A stretch of DNA of 64,000 nucleotides from an uncultured bacterium (GTDB taxonomy: Bacteria; Babelota; Babeliae; Babelales; Vermiphilaceae): the NCBI GenBank assembly GCA_963702025.1, contig OY969699.1:640001-704000 (forward strand), read 5' to 3'. The position numbers and the translations under genes are program-made. The stretch's first letter is position 1; every line of letters begins with the position of its first letter. Under the pieces are notes generated by a model, which was not told where the DNA came from, did not search any database, and was given only the letters and a program-made list of their open reading frames with translations. Of this stretch, positions 28,047 through 37,975 are shown piece by piece.

Positions 28047-29603
28047 ATGAGAATGGTCTCTATTTCTGCGCACGAGCAACAATTTTATAATCAGTTACGT
28101 TCATTTATAACCAATGAAGATGGCGCTCTTATGAATTTGGGGCAGCTGCTTGCCTTTGCTGCTAAAAAATATCCGGATCGGGTGGCGCTGATATACCATG
28201 ATCAAAAAGTTACCTATCAAGAGCTTTTTTATCGCGCAAGTTTATTTACGCGCAAGTTAAAAGAAAATGGAGTGAAGCCTCGTGATCGCGTTTTACTCTT
28301 TTTTGAAAATTCTATTGAATTTTATATTGGTTATTATGGCATTGCTCAAACCGGAGCGGTGGTTGCGCCATTAAATATTTATTTAAAAGAACGCGAGCTG
28401 ACTCATATTGTTGCCGATTCACAGCCGGCCTTTTTAGTTGCTTCAACAATATTACTTAAAAAAATGGAAGAGGAACATATTGATATAAAAGTTCCTCTTC
28501 TTACTGAACAGGATATGGATTTGGCTAGTCCAATTGACATAGCGGTCTTGCAGCCGGTCCCCGCATTGTTACAACCGAATGAAATGGCTCTATTATTGTA
28601 TACCTCAGGTACCACAGGCTTGCCAAAAGGGGTGATGCTGAGTTCCAAAAATGCATTAATCAATTGCATTCAATATCTTTCTCGCTTGGGATTTGTTGAA
28701 GATGAGCGCGTTTTTGGGGTGTTGCCTTTTTTTCATAGCTTCGCCCAAAGTACCTGCGTCTGGGGAACTCTCTTAATGGGCTGTGCGGTGATTATTGTGC
28801 CACGCATTGAGCGCCGCTATATCCTTGAAGGGCTGATGCATGGGCCGACGATTTTTTTGGGTGTGCCGGCATTGTTTGGTCTTATGTGCCTTATGAAAAA
28901 TGCTGATCTTGCGTCAGTTAACTATTTTGCCAGTGGTGGCGATGCAATGCCTGATAAAATTCGGGGAACATTTGAAATGATTTATGGTCGCAAAATTGCT
29001 GCCGGCTATGGGTTAACTGAAACATCGCCAGTGCTTACTGCCGATCTTGATGACACCACAGAGCCAACAGAAAATGTTGGAAAACCCTTAATTGGGGTGA
29101 CTGTTCAAATTCGTGATGAGAAGGGGGGTGTTTTGCCAGATGGATTAATAGGCGAAATTTGGGTTGCCGGCGACAATGTTATGTTGGGATATTATAATGA
29201 GCCGGAAAAAACTGCGCAAACAATTATCAATGGCTGGCTGGATACAGGAGACCTTGGCTATATTGGTCCTCAGGGAAAACTGGTAATAACCGGGCGATTA
29301 AAAGATGTTATTGCTAATAAGGGGTTTAAAATTTACCCGCAAGAAATTGAGAATGTGATCCTTATGTATCCCAATGTGGTGCGCGCGGCAGTTATTGGGG
29401 AGGTTGATGAATCGGTAGGCGAGATAGCAGTTGCCTATGTGCAACTTAGGCATGCTGAACAAGAGGCTGAGCAAAAGGTTCGGGAGCTTTGTGAGCGCAA
29501 TCTGGCTGCCTATAAAGTTCCCCGTAAATTCATCTTTGTGACGCATAATTTGCCCATGACCGGGACAGGCAAAGTTGACAAGAAAGAGTTGAGAAAGAAA
29601 TAA
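28047..29603 (+). CDS. Long-chain fatty acid-CoA ligase (AMP-binding)
   Basis: YTSGTTGLPKG, GYGLTETSP, DTGDLG, GRLKD, TGKVDK. Confidence 0.92.
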   Translation: MRMVSISAHEQQFYNQLRSFITNEDGALMNLGQLLAFAAKKYPDRVALIYHDQKVTYQELFYRASLFTRKLKENGVKPRDRVLLFFENSIEFYIGYYGIAQTGAVVAPLNIYLKERELTHIVADSQPAFLVASTILLKKMEEEHIDIKVPLLTEQDMDLASPIDIAVLQPVPALLQPNEMALLLYTSGTTGLPKGVMLSSKNALINCIQYLSRLGFVEDERVFGVLPFFHSFAQSTCVWGTLLMGCAVIIVPRIERRYILEGLMHGPTIFLGVPALFGLMCLMKNADLASVNYFASGGDAMPDKIRGTFEMIYGRKIAAGYGLTETSPVLTADLDDTTEPTENVGKPLIGVTVQIRDEKGGVLPDGLIGEIWVAGDNVMLGYYNEPEKTAQTIINGWLDTGDLGYIGPQGKLVITGRLKDVIANKGFKIYPQEIENVILMYPNVVRAAVIGEVDESVGEIAVAYVQLRHAEQEAEQKVRELCERNLAAYKVPRKFIFVTHNLPMTGTGKVDKKELRKK

Positions 29604-29726
29604 TTTGATTTTTAATCAAAGCTCGGTTAAAGTAATAATCAGTTAAGTAATTAACACATTAAATCTCGATAACCTCCATTTCCCCTATCCGTGACGTTCT
29701 GTCTGGATGGGGGTAAAATTTTTTAA

Positions 29727-30704
29727 ATGAATACTAAAAATACAAATCGTCTTTTTCCATTTATAAAAAAGAACCGTTTTTATAATAGTTCTACAGAGAA
29801 ACCGGAAAGTTTTTTATTTCAAACAATGCCGACTTTTCTTAGTTCGCTGTATAACAGAAAAAAAAGACTACCTGAAAATAAGGCCGATTGGATTGTTGCT
29901 CATGAGCCACTCCCAAAGAGTATAGAGCCGGCTATCACCTGGATTGGGCATGCGACCTTTTTAATTCAAGTTAATGGGGTTAATATACTCACTGACCCTA
30001 TATTTGGGCCAGCTTCCGCATTTTTTCCTCGTATTTTACCCCCAGGTATTCCAATTCATCAACTTCCCGGCATTGATTTAGTGTTACTTTCCCATAATCA
30101 TCGTGATCATTGTGATTTGGCAACCCTTGGCGAGCTTAAAAAAAATAATCCTCAGATGACTCTTTTAGTACCCTCAGGCGACAAAGTCTGGCTGGAAAAA
30201 AAGGGCTTTGTTGCTGTTGAACATCATTGGGGTGATACCTACATTCATGGGGAAACGAAGACTACCTGCACCTTTTTGCCTGCCCATCACTGGTCAGCGC
30301 AAGGGATTTTTGATCGCAATAAATCACTGTGGGGAAGCTGGATGATCGAATCTCCCGTATCCTCAAAGACAATCTATTTTGCCGGTGATACTGCGTATAG
30401 CAAACATTTTTCTTATATTGGCGCGCAGTTTCCTAACATTGGCGCTGCATTGATGCCCATAGCTCCCGAAACGCCCCATCCATGGATGCGCAAATCCCAT
30501 CTGGATACCCATCAGGCGGTACAGGCATTTGCCGATTTGAAGGCGGATCATTTTATTCCCATGCACTGGGGCACATTTCAATTTGGCCTGGATACATTCC
30601 AAGGACCTATCGATCGATTGCAAAATGCCTGGCACGCTCGGCAACTTGATCAAAAAAATAAAAAACTGACTATTGCTAAAGTGGGCCAGCGGTTGCTAGT
30701 GTAA
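29727..30704 (+). CDS. MBL-fold hydrolase, RomA/NAPE-PLD-like
   Basis: WIGHAT, TDP, SHNHRDH, PAHHWS, FAGDT, PMHWGTF. Confidence 0.9.
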   Translation: MNTKNTNRLFPFIKKNRFYNSSTEKPESFLFQTMPTFLSSLYNRKKRLPENKADWIVAHEPLPKSIEPAITWIGHATFLIQVNGVNILTDPIFGPASAFFPRILPPGIPIHQLPGIDLVLLSHNHRDHCDLATLGELKKNNPQMTLLVPSGDKVWLEKKGFVAVEHHWGDTYIHGETKTTCTFLPAHHWSAQGIFDRNKSLWGSWMIESPVSSKTIYFAGDTAYSKHFSYIGAQFPNIGAALMPIAPETPHPWMRKSHLDTHQAVQAFADLKADHFIPMHWGTFQFGLDTFQGPIDRLQNAWHARQLDQKNKKLTIAKVGQRLLV

Positions 30705-30718
30705 AGCTGGTTTTAGTT
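30668..30718 (+). repeat. 51-bp direct repeat, copy 1 (3' end of the MBL gene)
   Basis: GACTATTGCTAAAGTGGGCCAGCGGTTGCTAGTGTAAAGCTGGTTTTAGTT; 50/51 identical to 31504-31554. Confidence 0.95.
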
Positions 30719-30741
30719 ATTCTGAACCAATTTTCGACAAA

Positions 30742-31122
30742 CTACTGCATTTTACTTTTTATAAAATCAAATGCTTCTTTAGTTTGTTGTAAAGTGATTT
30801 TTGCGGTTGTGAGGTCGGGCATAATATATGTTGAATCAGGATAGCGGCTGTAGGTTATATGGGGATCAAGATCTAAAGAGATTGAGTTTAATGTGAAAAA
30901 TTCTTCATCAAACTGAGTGCAGAGTCTCATTAGTTTTATTAAATCATGAGTTTTTGGTTTTGCTTGTTTTTTAAACGATAAATATGCTTTTAAGGCTTTT
31001 TCAATGCATTGTTGGCAGTGATAGAAAACTCCGGAGGCTGTAACTTCAGGATGGTTGATAAGAATTGATGCAATTCTAAGATCATTTTCAGCCCATAGGA
31101 GCCATGTTTCATGCTCGAGCAT
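30742..31122 (-). CDS. HEPN-domain protein
   Basis: W...AENDL..A, FYHCQQCIEKALKA, KTHDL, RYP. Confidence 0.9.
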   Translation of the reverse strand: MLEHETWLLWAENDLRIASILINHPEVTASGVFYHCQQCIEKALKAYLSFKKQAKPKTHDLIKLMRLCTQFDEEFFTLNSISLDLDPHITYSRYPDSTYIMPDLTTAKITLQQTKEAFDFIKSKMQ

Positions 31123-31444
31123 AGATTTTTTTGCCTTTGCGTTTTATAGAGTAAAAAACTCGGGTTTTATCTTCCGAAGCAATATCAAATTCTGCTTTAC
31201 CTAAGACTAGAATATCTTTTGAAATATCTAAGCCTAACAATGCTCTATGGCCTTCAGACATAGCTTTAAACAGATTTTTAGGGTCACATTTATCTACAAT
31301 GATAAGCAGATCAAGATCACTTTCCTCATCCGCGGTGCCACGCGCATAAGATCCAAAGATATATATCTCAACTGGGTTAAATGTCTCAATAAGCCGTTTT
31401 TTTATCTCTTCTATCATCTTTGCGTCAATCATTGGATACTCCAA
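31109..31444 (-). CDS. Minimal nucleotidyltransferase (MNT)
   Basis: IYIFGSYARGTADEESDLDLLII; overlaps the HEPN start. Confidence 0.92.
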   Translation of the reverse strand: MEYPMIDAKMIEEIKKRLIETFNPVEIYIFGSYARGTADEESDLDLLIIVDKCDPKNLFKAMSEGHRALLGLDISKDILVLGKAEFDIASEDKTRVFYSIKRKGKKIYARA

Positions 31445-31503
31445 AGGTTAGTAAAACTAAGTTTATCAAATCTGGATGATACAAGTAAATAATGAAATAT
31501 GCC

Positions 31504-31554
31504 GACTATTGCTAAAGTGGGTCAGCGGTTGCTAGTGTAAAGCTGGTTTTAGTT
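31504..31554 (+). repeat. 51-bp direct repeat, copy 2
   Basis: Matches 30668-30718 with one C/T difference. Confidence 0.95.
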
Positions 31555-31577
31555 CCTTTAGCTTGTAAACGGTAACT

Positions 31578-32042
31578 ATGGTTTACATTAGTATCGTTGT
31601 GGCGTTTTTTTTAGTTGGAATGAATAGTAATGCCATGGAGTTGAGTGACCAAGAGTTACTTGAGCATTGTGGTGCTACAACACAAGCGCCGCTTTTGGAA
31701 TTTCCTTTTCAGCTAGTTCAGCTTATGCCGATTGTTATTTATAGATGGAATGGCAAATATGCTATTCATCGAATGACCGCTTATAAAAAAAGTAATTTGT
31801 ATGGGTTGTCTGAAAAAGATTTGCAATGCATTAAAAATGAAAATTTTGTCATAACTGATAATTTTACCATTATTAAAGATCCATCCGACAAAAGTTCAGT
31901 GCTGGCAGGAGCCATCATATTAAACACCAAGGATAACTCATTGTTCTGCAAATTAAAATGCGCTAATTTGTGGGCCTGTGATTATCTTGATAAAATGATG
32001 TCTGAGAAAAAAAATCATAAAGTAGGTTCTGGTCATGAATGA
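31578..32042 (+). CDS. Secreted hypothetical protein
   Basis: Hydrophobic leader ending SNA-ME. Confidence 0.65.
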   Translation: MVYISIVVAFFLVGMNSNAMELSDQELLEHCGATTQAPLLEFPFQLVQLMPIVIYRWNGKYAIHRMTAYKKSNLYGLSEKDLQCIKNENFVITDNFTIIKDPSDKSSVLAGAIILNTKDNSLFCKLKCANLWACDYLDKMMSEKKNHKVGSGHE

Positions 32043-32448
32043 ACGTCCAAAAGTTGGTGTTGGTGTTTGCATTGTAAAAGATAATCAAATGTTGATGGGC
32101 AAGCGTCTTAATAGCCATGGAGAGGGGGATTGGGCATTTCCCGGTGGGCATCTTGAATTTGGTGAATCCTTAATTGAGTGTGCACGCCGAGAAGTGGCAG
32201 AAGAAACCGGCTTGATTATCACCAATATTCGCCGTGGGCCCATAACGGAAGATATTTTTTATCAAGAGAATAAACATTACATCACCATAGTTATGTTGGC
32301 AGACTATGTTGCTGGTCACCCCATGATTTTAGAACCGCATAAATGCCAGGAATGGCGCTGGTTTGCATTGGATAATCCGCCCGAGCCATTATTTTTAACC
32401 AATCGAAATTTGATAAAGAGTAATGTTAAGCTTAGTACGTATATTTAG
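32035..32448 (+). CDS. NUDIX hydrolase (NUDT15/MutT-like)
   Basis: RPKVGVG, PGGHLEFGES...REVAEETG, EPHKC..W.WF. Confidence 0.92.
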   Translation: MNERPKVGVGVCIVKDNQMLMGKRLNSHGEGDWAFPGGHLEFGESLIECARREVAEETGLIITNIRRGPITEDIFYQENKHYITIVMLADYVAGHPMILEPHKCQEWRWFALDNPPEPLFLTNRNLIKSNVKLSTYI

Positions 32449-32472
32449 AATTACTCAATTTGGAGTTGCTGT

Positions 32473-33090
32473 ATGCAGAATACATTGAATGAAAATAGGT
32501 TATTTATTGCGCTCGATATGCCACAAGTAAATGATATCAATCAACCGATCCAATTTGCAAACTCTCAATTGCTTCTCAGTCAAGCCGTGCCCGGCTTTCG
32601 TCCCGTTACAACATTACATGCAACTATCGTATTTTTAGGCTCCTTGAGTGATGAACAAACGGGACAAGTAAAAATTGCTCTTAAAAGGGCTACACAAGAA
32701 TTTATTAATCAGCATAAAAGAGGATTAACCAATGGCATTGCCGGATTTATGATTTATCCGGGTGTTGCCGTAATGGGCAAGAATGCTGTTGCATTAAAGC
32801 TGGTTGATAATGCTCTTGTGAATGAATTGTTAACAACAATATTGAAAATATTTAAAGAGTATGGCATTAGCATTGAAGGTAAACATGAAAAATTTGATCT
32901 GCATGTTACCATTGGTCGTATTCCTGCTACCTTGAAAAGTGATTATGAAACACAACGGCTTCTTGAGCAATTGCCTGCACCTATTGGCGGGCGTGCGCAG
33001 TTAAAAGAGACATTTACCGTTTCGACTCTTTCATTGTATAAGTCTTTGCCCGGGAGCGAGTATACTGTTATCGAGAGTTATAAGATTTGA
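32473..33090 (+). CDS. 2H phosphoesterase (ThpR/LigT-like RNA 2',3'-cyclic phosphodiesterase)
   Basis: RLFIAL, LHATIVFLG, LHVTIGR. Confidence 0.85.
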   Translation: MQNTLNENRLFIALDMPQVNDINQPIQFANSQLLLSQAVPGFRPVTTLHATIVFLGSLSDEQTGQVKIALKRATQEFINQHKRGLTNGIAGFMIYPGVAVMGKNAVALKLVDNALVNELLTTILKIFKEYGISIEGKHEKFDLHVTIGRIPATLKSDYETQRLLEQLPAPIGGRAQLKETFTVSTLSLYKSLPGSEYTVIESYKI

Positions 33091-33690
33091 TTATTTTTTA
33101 TGCAAACTTTCATGAGTTTTTATATAGCTTGCTGCGATCCAACCATGGCAAATGGAACATTTTTCTTGCGCAATGCCACTTACAAGTCTTGTTGGTGATG
33201 CTAACCCATAGAAGGCGATTTCTTCATCGGTAGGTGTGGGAATTTCAAGGAAGCCTTCTTCCTGTGTAGGAGCTGGCCGCGTCGCAGGTTTTGCAGGTTT
33301 TTTTGATTCCTTTGGCAAGTTGTTGAGCATATTCCATGCTTGCGTAGTATCACGCAAGAATACTTGCGCCGTGCTGTGATTAAGCTCGGTTTCATAAAGA
33401 GCAATGTGATAGGCACATCCATTCTGTGTGTTAAACAGCTGGTGGCATGCAGAACATTGATATGGCTTGCATAAATGTTCATTATAATGGCTCGTTTCAG
33501 GTTTGCCCACGCATATGATTTTTGAGCATATTTTACAGGTGGTTTTAACCGTTTCTACCTTTCTTTTTTTGGTGTTTTCGGCTATTTTTGGTGCGAAAGC
33601 ATTGTTATTTTCTGTTGGTTTTTCCATCCCTTGTAAAGTGAAAGAAAAGCAAAGAAGCAGAGCAATGGGGTATATTTGGTTCATTTTCAT
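33091..33690 (-). CDS. Secreted C2H2 zinc-finger protein with an NLS-like motif
   Basis: Signal LQG-ME; TKKRKV; CKIC...H...H, KPYQCSAC...F...H, CSIC...H...H. Confidence 0.75.
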   Translation of the reverse strand: MKMNQIYPIALLLCFSFTLQGMEKPTENNNAFAPKIAENTKKRKVETVKTTCKICSKIICVGKPETSHYNEHLCKPYQCSACHQLFNTQNGCAYHIALYETELNHSTAQVFLRDTTQAWNMLNNLPKESKKPAKPATRPAPTQEEGFLEIPTPTDEEIAFYGLASPTRLVSGIAQEKCSICHGWIAASYIKTHESLHKK

Positions 33691-34035
33691 AATTTCTCCA
33701 TTTAGAAATATTGTTTACTTACTCTTTATTCTATATTAATAATTCAGTTTGTCAATGTTTATATTGGCTACAAAACAGCTATTTTTGCTTATTTTCATTA
33801 AAACAGGTGAATAATCTTCGCGTGTCAAATTATGGGATTTTACACATGAGTTTGACGAAGGGGGCTACTCACCATCTGTGATAAGTAACCTTTTCAAGCA
33901 GATTATGAATTTCACAATTCGACTTTAGTGATAAAACTCCCTAAAATCCCCTTTTTTTAGTAGGTTAATAAGACTACCCTTGCTTAAAAATTGCAATTTG
34001 CAATAAAATGATAGTAAGAAGATCAAGAGGGGGAG

Positions 34036-34992
34036 ATGAAGAAAGTAGTAGGAGCCTTATTTTATCTACTCGTAGCAATGCCAGGGTATGGCTATTTATA
34101 TAAAGACAAAGATGTGTATACGCTGCGCAAATGGAACCCGGAGCGTCAGCGATATCGTTATTGGGTAGGTTTTTGTGATTTTCATGATAAAACGAACAAA
34201 GCTAATTTTGCCCAACGAAGAAAAATAGAAGAATTATTGCCGCAACGCGCACGGGATAGCTTTCATGTTCAAGTGGAGGATTTAAGTTCCCCCAATGATG
34301 AGGGCCGTCTGGGTTGTGGTTCATTTTATATCAATTCGAGTGTTGGCATTTTGGCCGGCCTTGCATCTTTTTGCAAAGAACACGCCGTGCCGGTGCAAAA
34401 TGTTGAATATCGCTACTGCCGTGTGGTGGCGCTGGGGCCGGTAATTAATAATATTGCAGCCGATCCTTTTATTTTTCCTTCAACAAAGCGGATGATGATT
34501 TCTCATTTGATGCAAGAAATTGAACAGACCTATTCTGAATTGATGCAGAGTAATGATAATCCTATATTTAAAAATCTTTTGTCCCAAAAATTTCAAGAAA
34601 TTGCTGATACCATGAAAAAAATGGATCTCTGGCGATATCAGAGTAAAAGTATAGCTGATTATTTGAGTGCGTTCTCTTTGCCAATGCAACGGCTTGATAT
34701 TGTAAAAAATTTATTGACCTTTGATGGTATTTTAATTGGTTTCAAATTAGTTGACGGTGTTATAAAAGTGCCCGATAAAGATATGATTGTTGCCTTTGCC
34801 GGCGGCACACACATTGCCGAAGAATATGCATTATTGCAAAGAATTGATGGCTGGGAACCGATAAAAATGGGCAATCATCCATTGGAACGAGCCGCATCGG
34901 TTTCGCAGGATATTGCCGCGCCGGCCGTTGGGTATGGCATTAAACCGGCACCTCTTTCTATTGAATTGCTCGAGCACTATCTAAAGAATTAA
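34036..34992 (+). CDS. Secreted hypothetical protein
   Basis: GAGGGGG RBS; signal peptide; DFHD and AGGTH motifs hint at an enzyme. Confidence 0.7.
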   Translation: MKKVVGALFYLLVAMPGYGYLYKDKDVYTLRKWNPERQRYRYWVGFCDFHDKTNKANFAQRRKIEELLPQRARDSFHVQVEDLSSPNDEGRLGCGSFYINSSVGILAGLASFCKEHAVPVQNVEYRYCRVVALGPVINNIAADPFIFPSTKRMMISHLMQEIEQTYSELMQSNDNPIFKNLLSQKFQEIADTMKKMDLWRYQSKSIADYLSAFSLPMQRLDIVKNLLTFDGILIGFKLVDGVIKVPDKDMIVAFAGGTHIAEEYALLQRIDGWEPIKMGNHPLERAASVSQDIAAPAVGYGIKPAPLSIELLEHYLKN

Positions 34993-35951
34993 TAAAAATT
35001 CTTTGTCAAATAGGCGCGTCCTGAATCGCCAAAAATAATCAAGCCCAGATCATCATGCGTAAAATGTTGTTTGGCATATTCATAGGCAGCATAAGCAACC
35101 GCGCCGCTACTTGGCCCGATAAGCAGCCCATATTTTGACGCCATTATTTTAAGCATCGCCAGCGCATTATCATCCGATACGGGAATATAATCATCTATGA
35201 CCGCTTTGTTGAGTACCGGTGTTTCAAAATCGATGCCCATTCCTTCCACTTTATACGGTTTTGGATTGCCATTTGTTGAGCGCCACGATGTATCAGAATC
35301 TATTGCGTGCACTTTAATAGCCTGATTTTTCTCTTTTAAATATTTGCCCACACCACTAATGGTGCCGCCCGTGCCCGCTGCGGCAAAATAATGCGTAACC
35401 AGCCCCTTTGTTTGGTTCCATACTTCAGGTGCTAATGAGCGGTAATGCGCTTGGGCGTTTTGCACGTTAAAATATTGATTGAGCATAACGGCGTTGGGTG
35501 TTTTTTGCAAAATGGCAACTGCTTGGCTGTGATAACTTTGCGGATCTTCAATAAATGAGGTTGCCGGACACATGATCACTTGAGCGCCGTATGCCTTAAT
35601 GGTTTGAAATTTTTCTTGGCTAATTTTTTCTGAGACAGTGACAATAACCGTATATCCTTTTATTGCCCCAATCATTGCCGTTGCCGCACCTTGATTGCCC
35701 GATGATGCTTCAATAATAGTGCCCCCTGGCTTGAGTGCGCCGGTGCGTTCTGCTTCTTCAATCATAAATAATGCTGAACGATCCTTCATTGATCCACTCG
35801 GGTTTAAATATTCTAATTTTGCATAAATATTTCCCGGACAATCAAAAGGAATTCTGATAAGTGGCGTGTTGCCGATGGCATTGAGCAGGCCGTCATGCAT
35901 GCCCGCTTGCTGTTGAAGTGCTGACTTTTTTTGTTGGATCACTAGGTCCAT
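34989..35951 (-). CDS. cysK: Cysteine synthase / cystathionine beta-synthase family PLP enzyme
   Basis: IGNTPL, KLEYLNPSGSMKDR, EASSGNQG, GTGGT, GPSSGA. Confidence 0.88.
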   Translation of the reverse strand: MDLVIQQKKSALQQQAGMHDGLLNAIGNTPLIRIPFDCPGNIYAKLEYLNPSGSMKDRSALFMIEEAERTGALKPGGTIIEASSGNQGAATAMIGAIKGYTVIVTVSEKISQEKFQTIKAYGAQVIMCPATSFIEDPQSYHSQAVAILQKTPNAVMLNQYFNVQNAQAHYRSLAPEVWNQTKGLVTHYFAAAGTGGTISGVGKYLKEKNQAIKVHAIDSDTSWRSTNGNPKPYKVEGMGIDFETPVLNKAVIDDYIPVSDDNALAMLKIMASKYGLLIGPSSGAVAYAAYEYAKQHFTHDDLGLIIFGDSGRAYLTKNFY

Positions 35952-35988
35952 AATCTCCCCGCTGATTGAATTATTTTATATAAGTATG

Positions 35989-36135
35989 CCCGTTCGCTTC
36001 GAGTGAGACCTTAAGGCCGAACCCGGCCTTCGTAGTCTTCTTCGCTTAAGCACAACAGCTTATGAAATTGTACTTCGGCGGAGTAGGCTTGAGAAGTATC
36101 TTGTTCGCATTCCCGAATTGCTCGAGACGAACGGA
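35989..36135. repeat. Degenerate family A element with a nested family C element
   Basis: CCCGTTCG...[CCGGCCTTCGTAG...CTTCGGCGGAGTAGGC]...CTCGAGACGAACGG. Confidence 0.65.
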
Positions 36136-36322
36136 TAATGATTTTCTCATTATGTTGTTGTTACCAATAATAATTTATTTACGAATGGTTCTCAATGATT
36201 GGCTTTAATAATATAATTCTTTTCTTATGCATCTTGTTTAAATAAAATTTTGGTATGCGTGTTATATTTGCATAGGACGCATAAAATAATGCGAGGTGCA
36301 AATGTCAATAACGATGAGAATT

Positions 36323-37786
36323 TCAGATTTTATTTTTCTGAGCAATCGCCGCTAAAAGTTCTGAAAGCTTTACTTTTTTGATGTCAGGAATGATCTTGCA
36401 TAGTTGAATTGACTTGTCAGGGTTTTTTATTAAGAATTTGTTGTCGACTGAGATGAATGGGCTGATTCTTCGGTGAAATGATTCATGTCGACTCGGATAG
36501 TAGAATGGTATTGCAGTTTTTGTTGCGATATTAATGATATGGCGCGCATTGTTACTGTGATCCTCCAAAACGTAGTGATCATTATCATGCGTATAATATA
36601 GCATTCCCATGCCGCCTTGAACAAAAAAAGGTTCTGAAGAAATTCCATTCTCATCAATAGAGATGCTCGTGCTCTGTTTTTGCGTGTCATAGGCGAATGT
36701 TATTGTCTTATCAAGATCTTTGGTAGAAAAAGTATTTGTCGTTTTACCAAGTATATCATGTTTATACGAGTCAATTGCCGATCCATCTGAGAGATTGTTT
36801 AGTATTTCTTTTTCACAATCACCAAAGAGTACTTTTGTTTTTTCTGCATTCACAATTATATACCGAGAGTATAATAATTTCTGATTGATTTTATGGATAA
36901 GAGTGAAAGATCGATCATAGAAATCAAATGTCCGATTTTCATCATTCACCACAATCATTAAACTGCCATCTTGATTAAAGCATTGCACATATCCTGGAAT
37001 TGTCTTGAGCTCTTCTAGTTTCTGCGCATCGTGGAATACGCTTTGCCATTGTTTAGAATCACTATTGATAATGATCCACTCGCCCAATGGATCTTGGGCC
37101 CATAATTTAAGTTGAGAAGATGGTGCTCCAAGGGAACCGCGAATATTGCCGGTCTGCATATCATAAATTTGCCAATTATTATTATATTTCTTAAAAATTA
37201 AGTTTTTATCAGCGCTACACTTGAAATGATCAGCGGACTCAAACAGAATTGAATAGAGAAATTCACCCGTATTTGACTGCCAGACATGTTTATAATATTG
37301 AAATGAAGGGGTTTCTTGGCAAAATATATAGCCGCCTTTTGGGCTCCATATCGCTTTTTCGAGCCATAATGCTTTTGAGTGGGATGGATTTGTGAGGCTA
37401 TGAATAAATGCCCCGGTCTGAGCATCATGAATGTGTAATGATTTTTGATAAGGTATTAACAACTTGCTGCCATCAGGGCTGAATTTGCCATTTGCCGGAA
37501 CGGTGCACAAAGGAATGGCGTTTGTTTCAACCGGAATGTGTGATTGATTAATGAGTTCATCTACTAAATCACCACGACAGTGTGATAATTCATTCTCAAA
37601 TAATGCAATAAGCTCTGCAACTTCAGGAGTAATTTCATCAATGTCTGCGTAGTATTTTGCCAACAGCTTAACGCACAGTTGTTGCAGCGATGGGATCCCG
37701 TTAGCTTGCGGCATTGTCGGCGCGGCAATTTTTTGCATTGAGCAAATGGGATGAAAGAAAAGAAAAAAAAATAGAGAATATTTCAT
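36323..37786 (-). CDS. Secreted BC-box-like plus beta-propeller protein
   Basis: Signal ICS-MQ; IPSLQQLCVKLL; FSPDGSKLL, WSPKG, FNQDGS repeats; paralog of 49280..50728. Confidence 0.78.
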   Translation of the reverse strand: MKYSLFFFLFFHPICSMQKIAAPTMPQANGIPSLQQLCVKLLAKYYADIDEITPEVAELIALFENELSHCRGDLVDELINQSHIPVETNAIPLCTVPANGKFSPDGSKLLIPYQKSLHIHDAQTGAFIHSLTNPSHSKALWLEKAIWSPKGGYIFCQETPSFQYYKHVWQSNTGEFLYSILFESADHFKCSADKNLIFKKYNNNWQIYDMQTGNIRGSLGAPSSQLKLWAQDPLGEWIIINSDSKQWQSVFHDAQKLEELKTIPGYVQCFNQDGSLMIVVNDENRTFDFYDRSFTLIHKINQKLLYSRYIIVNAEKTKVLFGDCEKEILNNLSDGSAIDSYKHDILGKTTNTFSTKDLDKTITFAYDTQKQSTSISIDENGISSEPFFVQGGMGMLYYTHDNDHYVLEDHSNNARHIINIATKTAIPFYYPSRHESFHRRISPFISVDNKFLIKNPDKSIQLCKIIPDIKKVKLSELLAAIAQKNKI

Positions 37787-37899
37787 GGTGTCCCCTGCGT
37801 ATTATTATTTGAGTATTCGGTAATTATGACGTTTTACTATGTGTATAGTATAACTTTCTTATGGCATTTGTGCATACAGAAATCGTACCACAAGGAGCA

Positions 37900-37942
37900 T
37901 GGTTCGATACACTGCGCTGCGCGCAGCACTCACCACGAACGG
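37900..37942. repeat. Family A half element
   Basis: TGGTTCGATAC-hairpin-CACTCACCACGAACGG. Confidence 0.8.
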
Positions 37943-37975
37943 ATTTTTCTGTTTTCACCACTACCACCACATAGA

